DNA of 64,000 nucleotides from Candidatus Multivoradales bacterium (GTDB lineage Bacteria; Acidobacteriota; Thermoanaerobaculia; Multivoradales; JAHEKO01): assembly GCA_965223155.1 (NCBI GenBank), contig CBDCVR010000014.1, positions 992,001-1,056,000 of the forward strand, read 5' to 3'. Made by a program: the position numbers and the translations under genes. The notes beneath the pieces were generated by a model. That model did no database searches. It had not been told where the DNA came from and was given only the letters and a program-made list of their open reading frames with translations. This document shows, in pieces, positions 1 through 8,119 of this stretch; positions within the stretch are counted from its first letter, which is position 1, and each line of letters begins with the position of its first letter.

Positions 1-771
1 AAGGATGCCGATTTCCTCGCTAGGCACGGCATTTCGGCCACTGAGTACCGAATGGCCTACGATCAGGCCGTCGAGCGAATTCGCGGCCGGATGTCTGCTT
101 CCGATGCAACAAAACGAGGATTCGTCGAGGCAATCCTGTCCGAAGGTGTTCGCCAGAAAGTCTTCAGATCATGGTCCCTGGAAGATGCCCCACTATCCAA
201 GGTCTATCGCCTGGAACTAACGTCAGGTGGGACCGTCGGCCTAATCCGAAAAGGTTGCCCAGACGGAAACCACATGAACAGATGGTCTCGGCCTGCCTGG
301 GCTAGTGAACTTTTCCTTTGGTGGCTCTGCCCAACGTCACAGGTTCGCGACCCGGGCGCAAACATCTGGAAAGGCATTGCTCGCTACAGGTCCCGGCTCC
401 AACGGTCGCGCAGAGAACAGTTGGACGGCGTCATCTTTCACGATCAGCTTTGTGGCACTCCGCAGAGACCTTGCCCCAAGAAGCGCACCAAGCTGATTCT
501 GAATGACATCGCTATTCCAGCACCATGCTTGTACGTATTGCCCCAGATTCCCGAGACGGCGGGGCGCCACAACTGGCGAGGAGAAAGGCAACTCGAGTTT
601 CCCCCTGCGCTTCTTGGGCTCTTCGGCGTCTCCCGAACCGCGTCCGATTACTACACAGGCTTCGTCGGCCTGGAGACAACCAGCACCGGAATCTCCAGAA
701 CAAGAGTCACAGCTCGGTTCGGCGAGGGACAGATCTCAAGCCACACAACCTCCAGGAGACTTCAGAGATGA
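1..771 (+). CDS. Uncharacterised Cys-containing protein, 5'-truncated by the window edge; first visible gene of the ParB-SNF2-DUF3883 operon
   Basis: The frame of ORF 52..771 is open back to position 1 (KDADFLARHGISATEYRM...). Motifs KGCPDG, CGTPQRPCPK, PAPCLY. Its stop overlaps the next ATG (ATGA, 768-771). Confidence 0.7.
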   Translation, partial: KDADFLARHGISATEYRMAYDQAVERIRGRMSASDATKRGFVEAILSEGVRQKVFRSWSLEDAPLSKVYRLELTSGGTVGLIRKGCPDGNHMNRWSRPAWASELFLWWLCPTSQVRDPGANIWKGIARYRSRLQRSRREQLDGVIFHDQLCGTPQRPCPKKRTKLILNDIAIPAPCLYVLPQIPETAGRHNWRGERQLEFPPALLGLFGVSRTASDYYTGFVGLETTSTGISRTRVTARFGEGQISSHTTSRRLQR

Positions 772-2081
772 ATCCACACCTCAACCAGGAGCGAGTCGAG
801 TATCTTCAGAATCGGCCTCAGGACCAAAGCGAGCGTCTCGCCGCCTGGCCGCGGAACAACAAGAACCTCCCTGTCTGCGAAATTGAGATCGATTGGCTCA
901 GATTCTCTATCCGAAATCACAGAACGAAGGCCGAGCAGCTAAAGCGAATCAAGGAAACAGGCAATGCAGGGTTGTTCCGGGATAACCCGCTAGGCCCGCT
1001 AGCACAGCGAGAGCAGTATGAGCTATTGAAGAAGCTCCCGCGGTTCCCAAACCTCAAGGAGGACCTGCGAAATCGCGAGCAGCAGGACCGAGCGGTCGTC
1101 ACTGCGGAAGGAGTTGTAATCAACGGCAACCGAAGGCTCGCAGCACTCAGGGCATTGCTCGAAGACGATCACCTTCCAGCCCGCTACATGCACTGCATCA
1201 TTCTTCCGGAAGACGCGACCGAGGACGAGATGCGGCTCCTTGAGACTGAGCTTCAGGTCGCCGAGACTTTCCGCGAAGAGTACTCCTGGATCAATCGTCT
1301 TCTGCTTGTCGACGAACTCTTAGAGGCCAACGATCAGCGGTACAGCCTCGTTGCAACCATCATGCACATGGAAGAACGCGACGTGCGCGAAGATATTCAG
1401 ATACTTCGGCAACTCGACCAGATAGTCGAGATGTCAGATGACACCTACCTCCATGCTGACTTTGAACCACATGAATCCGCGTTCAAGGAGCTGACCAAAC
1501 ACATCAGCAACAAACCTGAGGACGAGGCGAAGGCGGTCAGGACTGCCTATTTCCTCGGAACTCTCTCAAAATGCAACTACCGCGACCTTCGTCACCTCCG
1601 GTCGCCGAGCGCCCTAGAGTACATTGAGGCGGAAATCAAAGCGATGCCTGAGCTAGAGGAAGTCGCTGATACCGTCTCGAGGCGTACACAAGAGTCGGAG
1701 CGAAGCGCTGTCGATGATCTACTCGATGACGCTCTTGGAACAGAGCAATCCTCCACCAAAGCTGAGGCCCTGCTGAGCGAGTTGGCGCGAGCCGACGTCT
1801 CGTCGTCAATTGAGCTCCCAGACGGCGAGGACATCGCGGTAACCGCCGTGCTCAGTCATCTCAACATCGCCGTCACGCAAGCAGCTCAGGAAGCCAAGAG
1901 CGACAGCGAGGAGCAGGAGAAGGCCGCGGCGCCAGCCAAGCGAATCGCCGAGGCGAGTGCGAAGATCCGGCGAGCTCTCTTGATTCTCCCCGAGGCAAGG
2001 GCCCTGCCCGATTGGAACGAGGATGAGTTTCGCAAATGCGTGAAGGACCTTCAGAACGCTACGAAGAAGCTAGTTGAGTGA
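768..2081 (+). CDS. ParB/Sulfiredoxin-fold domain protein with acidic helical C-terminus
   Basis: EDLRNREQQDRAVVTAEGVVINGNRRLAALR matches the ParB N-terminal GxRR arginine patch. ATG 768 is coupled to the upstream stop; the ORF-track start at 525 overlaps the previous gene. Confidence 0.8.
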   Translation: MNPHLNQERVEYLQNRPQDQSERLAAWPRNNKNLPVCEIEIDWLRFSIRNHRTKAEQLKRIKETGNAGLFRDNPLGPLAQREQYELLKKLPRFPNLKEDLRNREQQDRAVVTAEGVVINGNRRLAALRALLEDDHLPARYMHCIILPEDATEDEMRLLETELQVAETFREEYSWINRLLLVDELLEANDQRYSLVATIMHMEERDVREDIQILRQLDQIVEMSDDTYLHADFEPHESAFKELTKHISNKPEDEAKAVRTAYFLGTLSKCNYRDLRHLRSPSALEYIEAEIKAMPELEEVADTVSRRTQESERSAVDDLLDDALGTEQSSTKAEALLSELARADVSSSIELPDGEDIAVTAVLSHLNIAVTQAAQEAKSDSEEQEKAAAPAKRIAEASAKIRRALLILPEARALPDWNEDEFRKCVKDLQNATKKLVE

Positions 2082-3985
2082 TACGTCTTGAAATAGAGCC
2101 ACTCCACCCATCCATTGTTCGATTGGACGTCGGGAACTCGGCCGGTGAACGCGGCGCATGGGCAAGACTTCAAGAGGTCTATCAAAGAGGGGTAGCAGGC
2201 GGGTCGCGTTCGCATCTCCTTGTTCGTCTGGATGTTGTCTTGAGCGAACTTGCGGCGCTTCGGGAAGTTCGCCGTGGGTTCGGCGCTCCGATAGAAATCG
2301 GGGGCCGATTGCGCGAGCGGATCGCTCGACTAGCCACAGACAGGAAGGGACGGGAAGCTGCAATAAGGGCTTCTAGCTTCGATGAAGAAGGCATCGAATC
2401 GGAGCTTGACGCAGCAGGATTCAAAAGAAGGCTTAGACCCTTCCAGGTCAAGAATCTCGCGAAGCTCCTAGCGCTTCCTCACGGGGCTGATTTCTCGGTC
2501 CCTGGAGCCGGGAAGACAACGGTCGCGCTTGCTCAGTTCGCTCTTCGCTGCGAGCAAGGGGTTGCGGAGAAGGCGCTAGTGATAGCGCCGATCTCAGCTT
2601 TCTCAAGCTGGCAGGAAGAAACGGAGGCTTGCTTCAGGCACCCTCCTGAAGTAGCCATCCATCAGATTGGGGAACCGATACCCGGAACAGCGACGATCAC
2701 ACTGTCCAACTATCACCGCCTTGCCGCGGACTTCGAATCCCTTCATGCCTGGACAAACGAGGATCGCACGCTGGTGTTCCTGGATGAGGCCCACAGAATG
2801 AAGCGAGGCCGCGCGGGCGTTCACGGTTCCGCAGCGCTGGATCTCGCCTTCTCCGCCGTCAGGCGGGACATCCTCACCGGAACCCCGTCCCCTCAGGGAG
2901 CATTAGACCTCGTTGCGCTGATGGATTTTCTCTATCCCGGGCAAGCGCGCCTGATCCTGCCCCAAGAGGCCTTTGTCCCTGCAATGTCGCTCGAGCCCGC
3001 TGTGCTTCAGGAATCGAGCCGCCGCCTTCAAACTCACTTCGTCCGAACCACCAAAAAGGACCTCGACCTCCCGCCAACAGAGTTTGCCGTTGTCGCTCAG
3101 CCGATGGGTCCAATCCAGCAGAAGATCTATCGAGCAATCTGCGGCACCTACCGAGGCCGACTGTCGCTCGAAAAGCCTGATCGCCGCTTTCTGCGCCGGC
3201 TTGGCAGAATCGTTATGTATCTGCTCGAAGCGGCGACCAATCCGCTTCTCTTGCCAGCCGGTTCTGACCCGGAGGACCTCTCGCCGTTCGCGCACCCTCC
3301 CCTCCAACTTGAAGACGACAGCTCCTTACTGCAACTCCTCGCAGAGTATGGTCGCTATGAGACGCCGTGGAAATACAGGTACGTATACGACAGGGTGGCG
3401 GAGGCTTCGCAAGCTGGCGAGAAGGCTGTGGTCTGGACGAACTTCGTACGGAACATAAGGCTGCTAGCGCAAGAACTCGCCGAGTTCCAACCTGCGGTCA
3501 TACATGGAGGCGTTCCCACCCGACACAATGCCGCTTCAGGCCTAGAGTTGACTCGTGAGGATGAGCTTGATCGGTTTCGCCATGATCCGGATTGTAAGGT
3601 GCTCCTCGCGAACCCTGCCGCCGCCGGAGAAGGAATCAGTCTCCACCATTGGTGTCACCATGCGATCTACCTGGATCGAACATTCAACGCCGCGCACTAT
3701 CTACAAAGCCAAGATCGCATCCACCGGCTTGGTCTTGAGGCAGGAGTAATAACCCGATTCACTCTCTTGGTATCACAGGAGTCGATTGACGAAACAGTCG
3801 ATCAGCGACTTCGCATAAAGGTGGAAGCGCTCTCGGTCCTCATGAGCGACCCCGATCTTGTTCAGGTTTCCCTGCCAGATGAAGAGGATCCCGATCTTGG
3901 GGGCAACCCTGCCTTTGACGAGGACGAAGCTGCTCTCCATAAACACCTCGAAGCTGTTGGCAATGGGTCAGCTCCTGCCAAGTGA
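2078..3985 (+). CDS. SNF2-family (SF2) ATPase/translocase
   Basis: Motif I PGAGKT, Ia VIAPISAFSSWQEE, II DEAH, III LTGTP, V AAGEGISL, VI QSQDRIHRLG. GTGA overlap with the upstream gene. Confidence 0.9.
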   Translation: MIRLEIEPLHPSIVRLDVGNSAGERGAWARLQEVYQRGVAGGSRSHLLVRLDVVLSELAALREVRRGFGAPIEIGGRLRERIARLATDRKGREAAIRASSFDEEGIESELDAAGFKRRLRPFQVKNLAKLLALPHGADFSVPGAGKTTVALAQFALRCEQGVAEKALVIAPISAFSSWQEETEACFRHPPEVAIHQIGEPIPGTATITLSNYHRLAADFESLHAWTNEDRTLVFLDEAHRMKRGRAGVHGSAALDLAFSAVRRDILTGTPSPQGALDLVALMDFLYPGQARLILPQEAFVPAMSLEPAVLQESSRRLQTHFVRTTKKDLDLPPTEFAVVAQPMGPIQQKIYRAICGTYRGRLSLEKPDRRFLRRLGRIVMYLLEAATNPLLLPAGSDPEDLSPFAHPPLQLEDDSSLLQLLAEYGRYETPWKYRYVYDRVAEASQAGEKAVVWTNFVRNIRLLAQELAEFQPAVIHGGVPTRHNAASGLELTREDELDRFRHDPDCKVLLANPAAAGEGISLHHWCHHAIYLDRTFNAAHYLQSQDRIHRLGLEAGVITRFTLLVSQESIDETVDQRLRIKVEALSVLMSDPDLVQVSLPDEEDPDLGGNPAFDEDEAALHKHLEAVGNGSAPAK

Positions 3986-4889
3986 AGGCATTTGCCACGG
4001 CTGCTATGTCCTCGGATACGCAGCGACGCTGAATCCCAGGCCTGACTTTGATGAGTGGGTCAGTCGGGCCCGAAGGCAGCTTGCCGGGGAAAGCGGAACT
4101 CGGGATATCGAACGACTAGCCCGTACACTTCTCAATATCGGACTCGTGTCTGCAAAGCCTGACGGGACGGTCTATTTCCGGGCTCGGTTCCCTTCCTGCC
4201 GGGATGGGTCGGACCGCTTGACTCGGCTTCGAATCGCCATGGCGGTCCTGCAAGCCTCAAGGCCGAGATGGCTCCCAAAGTCGGGCGTCATTGAAGACAT
4301 CGTTCCTGCCCTAGTTCCCGAACGCGATCTCCTCGAGCTGGAGTGGATGGGCAGTGATCTCGAACCAATTCTGGCATCACTCGTTTCACCCCCTTCAGAC
4401 GATGCGATCCTCAAAACCTTGGGAGACTTCGGAGAAGCGGCCGTCATGGCGGCAGAGACTCGCAGGGGCAGAGATGTACTTCAGGTCAGCGAGATCAGCG
4501 ACCACTATGGGTACGATTTGGAATCAGCCGACAACAAGCTCGGGGACATTCTGCGGCTCGAGGTTAAGGCTGCGGTGTCAACCAGACCGGATGTCTTCTA
4601 TCTTTCACGCAACCAGTTCAGAGTCGCACGAGTCTTCGACAGTTCGTGGCGTTTGGTTCAGGTTGTGTTTGACGCATCTGACTTCTGGACTAAGCAAGTA
4701 ATTGACCGCAAGAGCATTTACCTTCTCCGATATATCGATGCCGCCACTCTCCACAGCTTAGCCGTCCAAGACCTACCCCAATGTAAGTGGCAAGGTAAGC
4801 TGCGTTTCAAGCTGGGAGCCAAACACTGGGTGGATTATCCCCACAGGCCTCCAACGAATTGGTCAATTCAGGCCCCGCTGCCTCGCTAA
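3963..4889 (+). CDS. DUF3883/NO VEIN C-terminal-like PD-(D/E)xK nuclease domain protein
   Basis: LGDFGEAAV...VSEISDHYGYDLES...LEVKA...FYLSRNQ follows the DUF3883 pattern. ATG 3963 overlaps the end of the SNF2 gene; start is uncertain. Confidence 0.75.
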   Translation: MGQLLPSEGICHGCYVLGYAATLNPRPDFDEWVSRARRQLAGESGTRDIERLARTLLNIGLVSAKPDGTVYFRARFPSCRDGSDRLTRLRIAMAVLQASRPRWLPKSGVIEDIVPALVPERDLLELEWMGSDLEPILASLVSPPSDDAILKTLGDFGEAAVMAAETRRGRDVLQVSEISDHYGYDLESADNKLGDILRLEVKAAVSTRPDVFYLSRNQFRVARVFDSSWRLVQVVFDASDFWTKQVIDRKSIYLLRYIDAATLHSLAVQDLPQCKWQGKLRFKLGAKHWVDYPHRPPTNWSIQAPLPR

Positions 4890-4912
4890 AGGCTCGCCTT
4901 AAAACCGTACCC

Positions 4913-5338
4913 TCAGGCTCCTGCGGGGGACCCCGATCGTCTCCTAGCGAGTTCCGTCGAGAGACGCCGAACGCCACGCTCAAGTTGGCACTCCCAAATT
5001 GTCCAGACGGACCAGCCCATTTGCCGGAGTTCTTTGCGAACTCGTTGGTCCCGCTTCCGGTTGCGCTCTATCTTCGCCTCCCAGTAGTCCCGTCTACTCT
5101 CAGGCATCCGAGAGCGCCTACAGCCGTGCCAGTGCCAGAAGCACCCATGAACAAAGACCGCTAGCTTAAAGCGCGGGAAGATCAGATCGGGCGTTCCTGG
5201 CAAGTGCCTTCCATGCAGCCGATAGCGGAAACCTGCAGCGTGAACCGCTTTCCTTACATAGAGCTCAGGGCCTGTGTCCGTTGATCGGACGCGGGCCATA
5301 ATCCTGCTACGTGCTGCTTCGCTGACGGTGTCCGTCAG
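4913..5338 (-). CDS. vsr: Very short patch repair (T:G mismatch) endonuclease, probable CTG start
   Basis: DTGPE, LPGTPDLIF, FVHGCFWH, YWEAKIERNRKRD, IWECQ. The conserved N-terminus TDTVSEAARSRIM extends upstream to a CTG at 5338, preceded by AGGAGG. Confidence 0.93.
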   Translation of the reverse strand: MTDTVSEAARSRIMARVRSTDTGPELYVRKAVHAAGFRYRLHGRHLPGTPDLIFPRFKLAVFVHGCFWHWHGCRRSRMPESRRDYWEAKIERNRKRDQRVRKELRQMGWSVWTIWECQLERGVRRLSTELARRRSGSPAGA

Positions 5339-5359
5339 TAGGCCTCCTATCCAAAAGCT

Positions 5360-6010
5360 TTAGGTGTTGCTCCCCTGCCCGGTCTCGTCGAACCTTCGCT
5401 TGGCCAGATGTTCCAAACGTCTCGCTTGGGTGAGCAGCGTCATGCGAAGGCCGGGCCCGACGGAGCGTTCGCTTATCACCTGTGCGAGCTTTGCAATAGT
5501 CGCAGCTCGCCTCGCCACTCGTAGGTCTGGATGTCTTCGCCGGTCGTACACGTGCTGCGGAACAATGCGGCGACGAAAAGACGTCGGCAGTTTTGCTAGA
5601 GGAGCCTTTGCCACTTCGACCTCATTTAGCACTGCGCCAAACTCTGAAGCCTCGATAGCCTCCTGAAAGACGGTGTACTCGGCTGAGTCAAGTAGTTGTT
5701 TACGCTCCCCCTTGTCTAGGTCTGTCGCGTGCCACAGTGGCCAGATCTCGACCTCGGCAACTTCGAAAACATCTAGTACGTTCATCGCCACAGCATCTGT
5801 CCGCTGGTTAGTAAGATGCCGAGCGATCCGCGAGCTCACGCGCTCGTAAGTTTGCCCAACGTAGATCGGTTCGCCGTCGTAGTCATAGAAGGCGTAGACA
5901 CCACACTTGCATGTGCCAATCCTCTTGCCATTCTCGTCCGTCGTGTCGAGGAGCTTTTTGAGCTCGCGCCGGATTGCTCGAACTTCCTCCGGCGGCTCTA
6001 GGCGGGGCAT
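5360..6010 (-). CDS. GIY-YIG family nuclease (putative restriction endonuclease)
   Basis: GVYAFYDYDGEPIYVGQT...RIARH, a later Glu-containing helix and LNE. Lies between the m5C methyltransferase and vsr. Confidence 0.8.
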   Translation of the reverse strand: MPRLEPPEEVRAIRRELKKLLDTTDENGKRIGTCKCGVYAFYDYDGEPIYVGQTYERVSSRIARHLTNQRTDAVAMNVLDVFEVAEVEIWPLWHATDLDKGERKQLLDSAEYTVFQEAIEASEFGAVLNEVEVAKAPLAKLPTSFRRRIVPQHVYDRRRHPDLRVARRAATIAKLAQVISERSVGPGLRMTLLTQARRLEHLAKRRFDETGQGSNT

Positions 6011-6033
6011 TGTCTAGGCAATCAAGCTGCGAC

Positions 6034-7323
6034 TCATGTCCTAGGAGCTGAGTTTTCCCACTTCGTCGCCGACGCTTCTGCTGAGCGACGGTAGGCCTGG
6101 AGAGTCCGGCAGGGAGTCTCTTTGTCTCTGGTCTCATTCGCGAGCATCGCAACGCACTCCTCGGCGACCGGTGTGAGCAAGTGGTCCGCTAGCCATGAGA
6201 CCACTGGCACCACAACGGCATCCCCCATTGCATGGTAGGCAGCGTTGTAGGCCTCTGGAAGAACGAGATCTGGAGCCCCCATCAATCTCGCAGCTTCCCG
6301 AGGTGAAAGAAGACGCGCCCTGACTTTTCGCTTGTCGATCACTAAGACCGTCTGCCGGCTTGAGCCACCCCGCGGCGTGCGGAGGCATCCGGCCACGCCA
6401 TCAAACCTGACCTCTGCCTTCTGCGACCCATTCCGCGTTCTCTTATACAAAAGGCCAATCTGTCGCGTACCCGATTTCAAGGCACTTTCCACCTTTGCCA
6501 CATTCAACGGAGTCATCAAGCTCAAGAGACGTTGAACCTGAGAATCATCGAGCCAACTCACTCCGCGGGGAGGGTCCTCCAGCAAGTCTCCAAAGGTCTG
6601 GACCTTTTCCTCGGTGGGCGGCAGCTTCCACCAACGCCAGCGCTGCGCAAGCGCAGCCGGCAAGGACTCGAAGGCAGCAATCACGGGCTTGGTTACCCAG
6701 GGGCCGTCCTTAGCTCCGAACTCCGTGAACGCCGAGCAGTCCAGCTTGGAATCGACCGCGACCACGAAGACTCGTGGTCGGGACTGCGGCACAAAACGCT
6801 TAGCGTCAATAACTAGGGCGCCGAACTGCAGGTCAAGAGCCGCCAGCGCTTCACACAGCCCAACGAAGCCGTCTCCGTACAAGAGACCGGTCACGTTTTC
6901 GAGAACAACCACTGGTGGACGCCGGCCACGGTCGAAAAGGTCTCTCATGATGCGCCAGAATGGCCAAAAAGTTCCACTCCGCTCGGCCGACATTCCTCGT
7001 CTCCAACCCGCCAGCGAAAGATCCTGGCACGGGAATGATGACCAGGCCAAGACGGCGTCTTCGGGAAGCGAGTCTGCCCTCACATTCGCGATGCTGTCCA
7101 GAACGAAGTGGTCCTCCCCAAAATTGGCCGCATAGACGGCTCTCTTCTTGGGGTCATTATCGTTCGCCCACACGCAACGCCAAGACTTACCCAGGCCCTT
7201 TCGCGCGAGCCCTGCGCCCGCAAAGAATTCGTAGAAGGCGAATGGCTGGCTTGCTGTCATTTCGCTTGCAGTGGGAGGTTTCGCGGGCCTTTTGTAGCCT
7301 TGTGTCTTCTTCAATCGTACCAC
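6034..7323 (-). CDS. dcm: DNA (cytosine-5)-methyltransferase
   Basis: Motifs I EFFAGAG, IV SFPCQDLS, VI VLENV, VIII VPQSRPRVF, IX RLLSPREAARLMG, X AMGDAVVVPV. Start is GTG 7323 or ATG 7260. Confidence 0.95.
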   Translation of the reverse strand: MVRLKKTQGYKRPAKPPTASEMTASQPFAFYEFFAGAGLARKGLGKSWRCVWANDNDPKKRAVYAANFGEDHFVLDSIANVRADSLPEDAVLAWSSFPCQDLSLAGWRRGMSAERSGTFWPFWRIMRDLFDRGRRPPVVVLENVTGLLYGDGFVGLCEALAALDLQFGALVIDAKRFVPQSRPRVFVVAVDSKLDCSAFTEFGAKDGPWVTKPVIAAFESLPAALAQRWRWWKLPPTEEKVQTFGDLLEDPPRGVSWLDDSQVQRLLSLMTPLNVAKVESALKSGTRQIGLLYKRTRNGSQKAEVRFDGVAGCLRTPRGGSSRQTVLVIDKRKVRARLLSPREAARLMGAPDLVLPEAYNAAYHAMGDAVVVPVVSWLADHLLTPVAEECVAMLANETRDKETPCRTLQAYRRSAEASATKWENSAPRT

Positions 7324-7450
7324 CCTAGAAGACGCGGTTTCACTGCCTCTTCTCGCGTCCGTGACGCTTTCCTGCCAAACCGTCGGAGCTGTCAGCTATC
7401 GCCTTGATACCCTGACGTCAGCAATCCAACTGTTGGGAAGGGAGGATCAG

Positions 7451-8113
7451 ATGGCGCGTGGTGGCTCTGTCATTTCGAATTGGCATGCCTTGGTCGACGA
7501 CTTCAACACGTCGAGCATGGACTTCTACAACGCCGTCGAGGAGGCGGTGCAGGCTCGGGAGGTCCCTGACGCGACCTTCTCGCGGGTGGAGTTCAAAGAA
7601 GGCGGCTTCGCGTCGGCGAAGCGCGAGTACCTGCGAATCGAACGCGGGAACGTCGCTTTTGACATAGGCGCCGCACCCTACGGGAAGGGGTTCTTCTTCT
7701 CATGGTGGCTGTCGAAGCTCGCTCCGAAGCACACGTTTCTGTACCTGCTGGCGTTTATCTTTGCGGTCTTCTTTATTCCGCCGATCCTGGCGTACCCGTT
7801 CCGCGACTCGTGCGGCTACTTCTTGGTTTTTCCGGTGATGCTGGTCGGCACAGTCGTCGGGCTCGCCTTCCTCGCGCGAAAGGAGGTCTTTGGGCCCGAA
7901 GAGAACATCCTTGCCATCCCAGTCCTGGGATGGATCTACGAGAAGATCTTCAGCCCGATAACCTATTACTCGCTCGACACAGCGCTGATGTTCCAGGAGT
8001 CGATCCGCCGCGGCGTCAACGAGGTCATTGACGGGCTGATGACGGATCAAGGGCTCAAGGCACTGACCGACGACCAGAAGAAGCCGACGATTCGAGATCT
8101 GTCGCGACGGTAG
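7451..8113 (+). CDS. Uncharacterised membrane protein (two central hydrophobic segments)
   Basis: GGAGG RBS then ATG 7451. Hydrophobic stretches FLYLLAFIFAVFFIPPILAY and FLVFPVMLVGTVVGLAFLA. Ends 6 bp before the ATPase gene. Confidence 0.8.
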   Translation: MARGGSVISNWHALVDDFNTSSMDFYNAVEEAVQAREVPDATFSRVEFKEGGFASAKREYLRIERGNVAFDIGAAPYGKGFFFSWWLSKLAPKHTFLYLLAFIFAVFFIPPILAYPFRDSCGYFLVFPVMLVGTVVGLAFLARKEVFGPEENILAIPVLGWIYEKIFSPITYYSLDTALMFQESIRRGVNEVIDGLMTDQGLKALTDDQKKPTIRDLSRR

Positions 8114-8119
8114 GGCTAA

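Noticed and set aside
525-767. N-terminal extension of the ParB-fold ORF in the ORF track
   Set aside because: It overlaps the upstream gene out of frame; ATG 768 gives ATGA coupling.
1-7323. Assignment to DISARM, BREX, Hma or a parABS locus
   Set aside because: No DUF1998, PLD, PglZ, McrB-like ATPase or ParA gene is visible in the window. Genes to the left of the window cannot be excluded.
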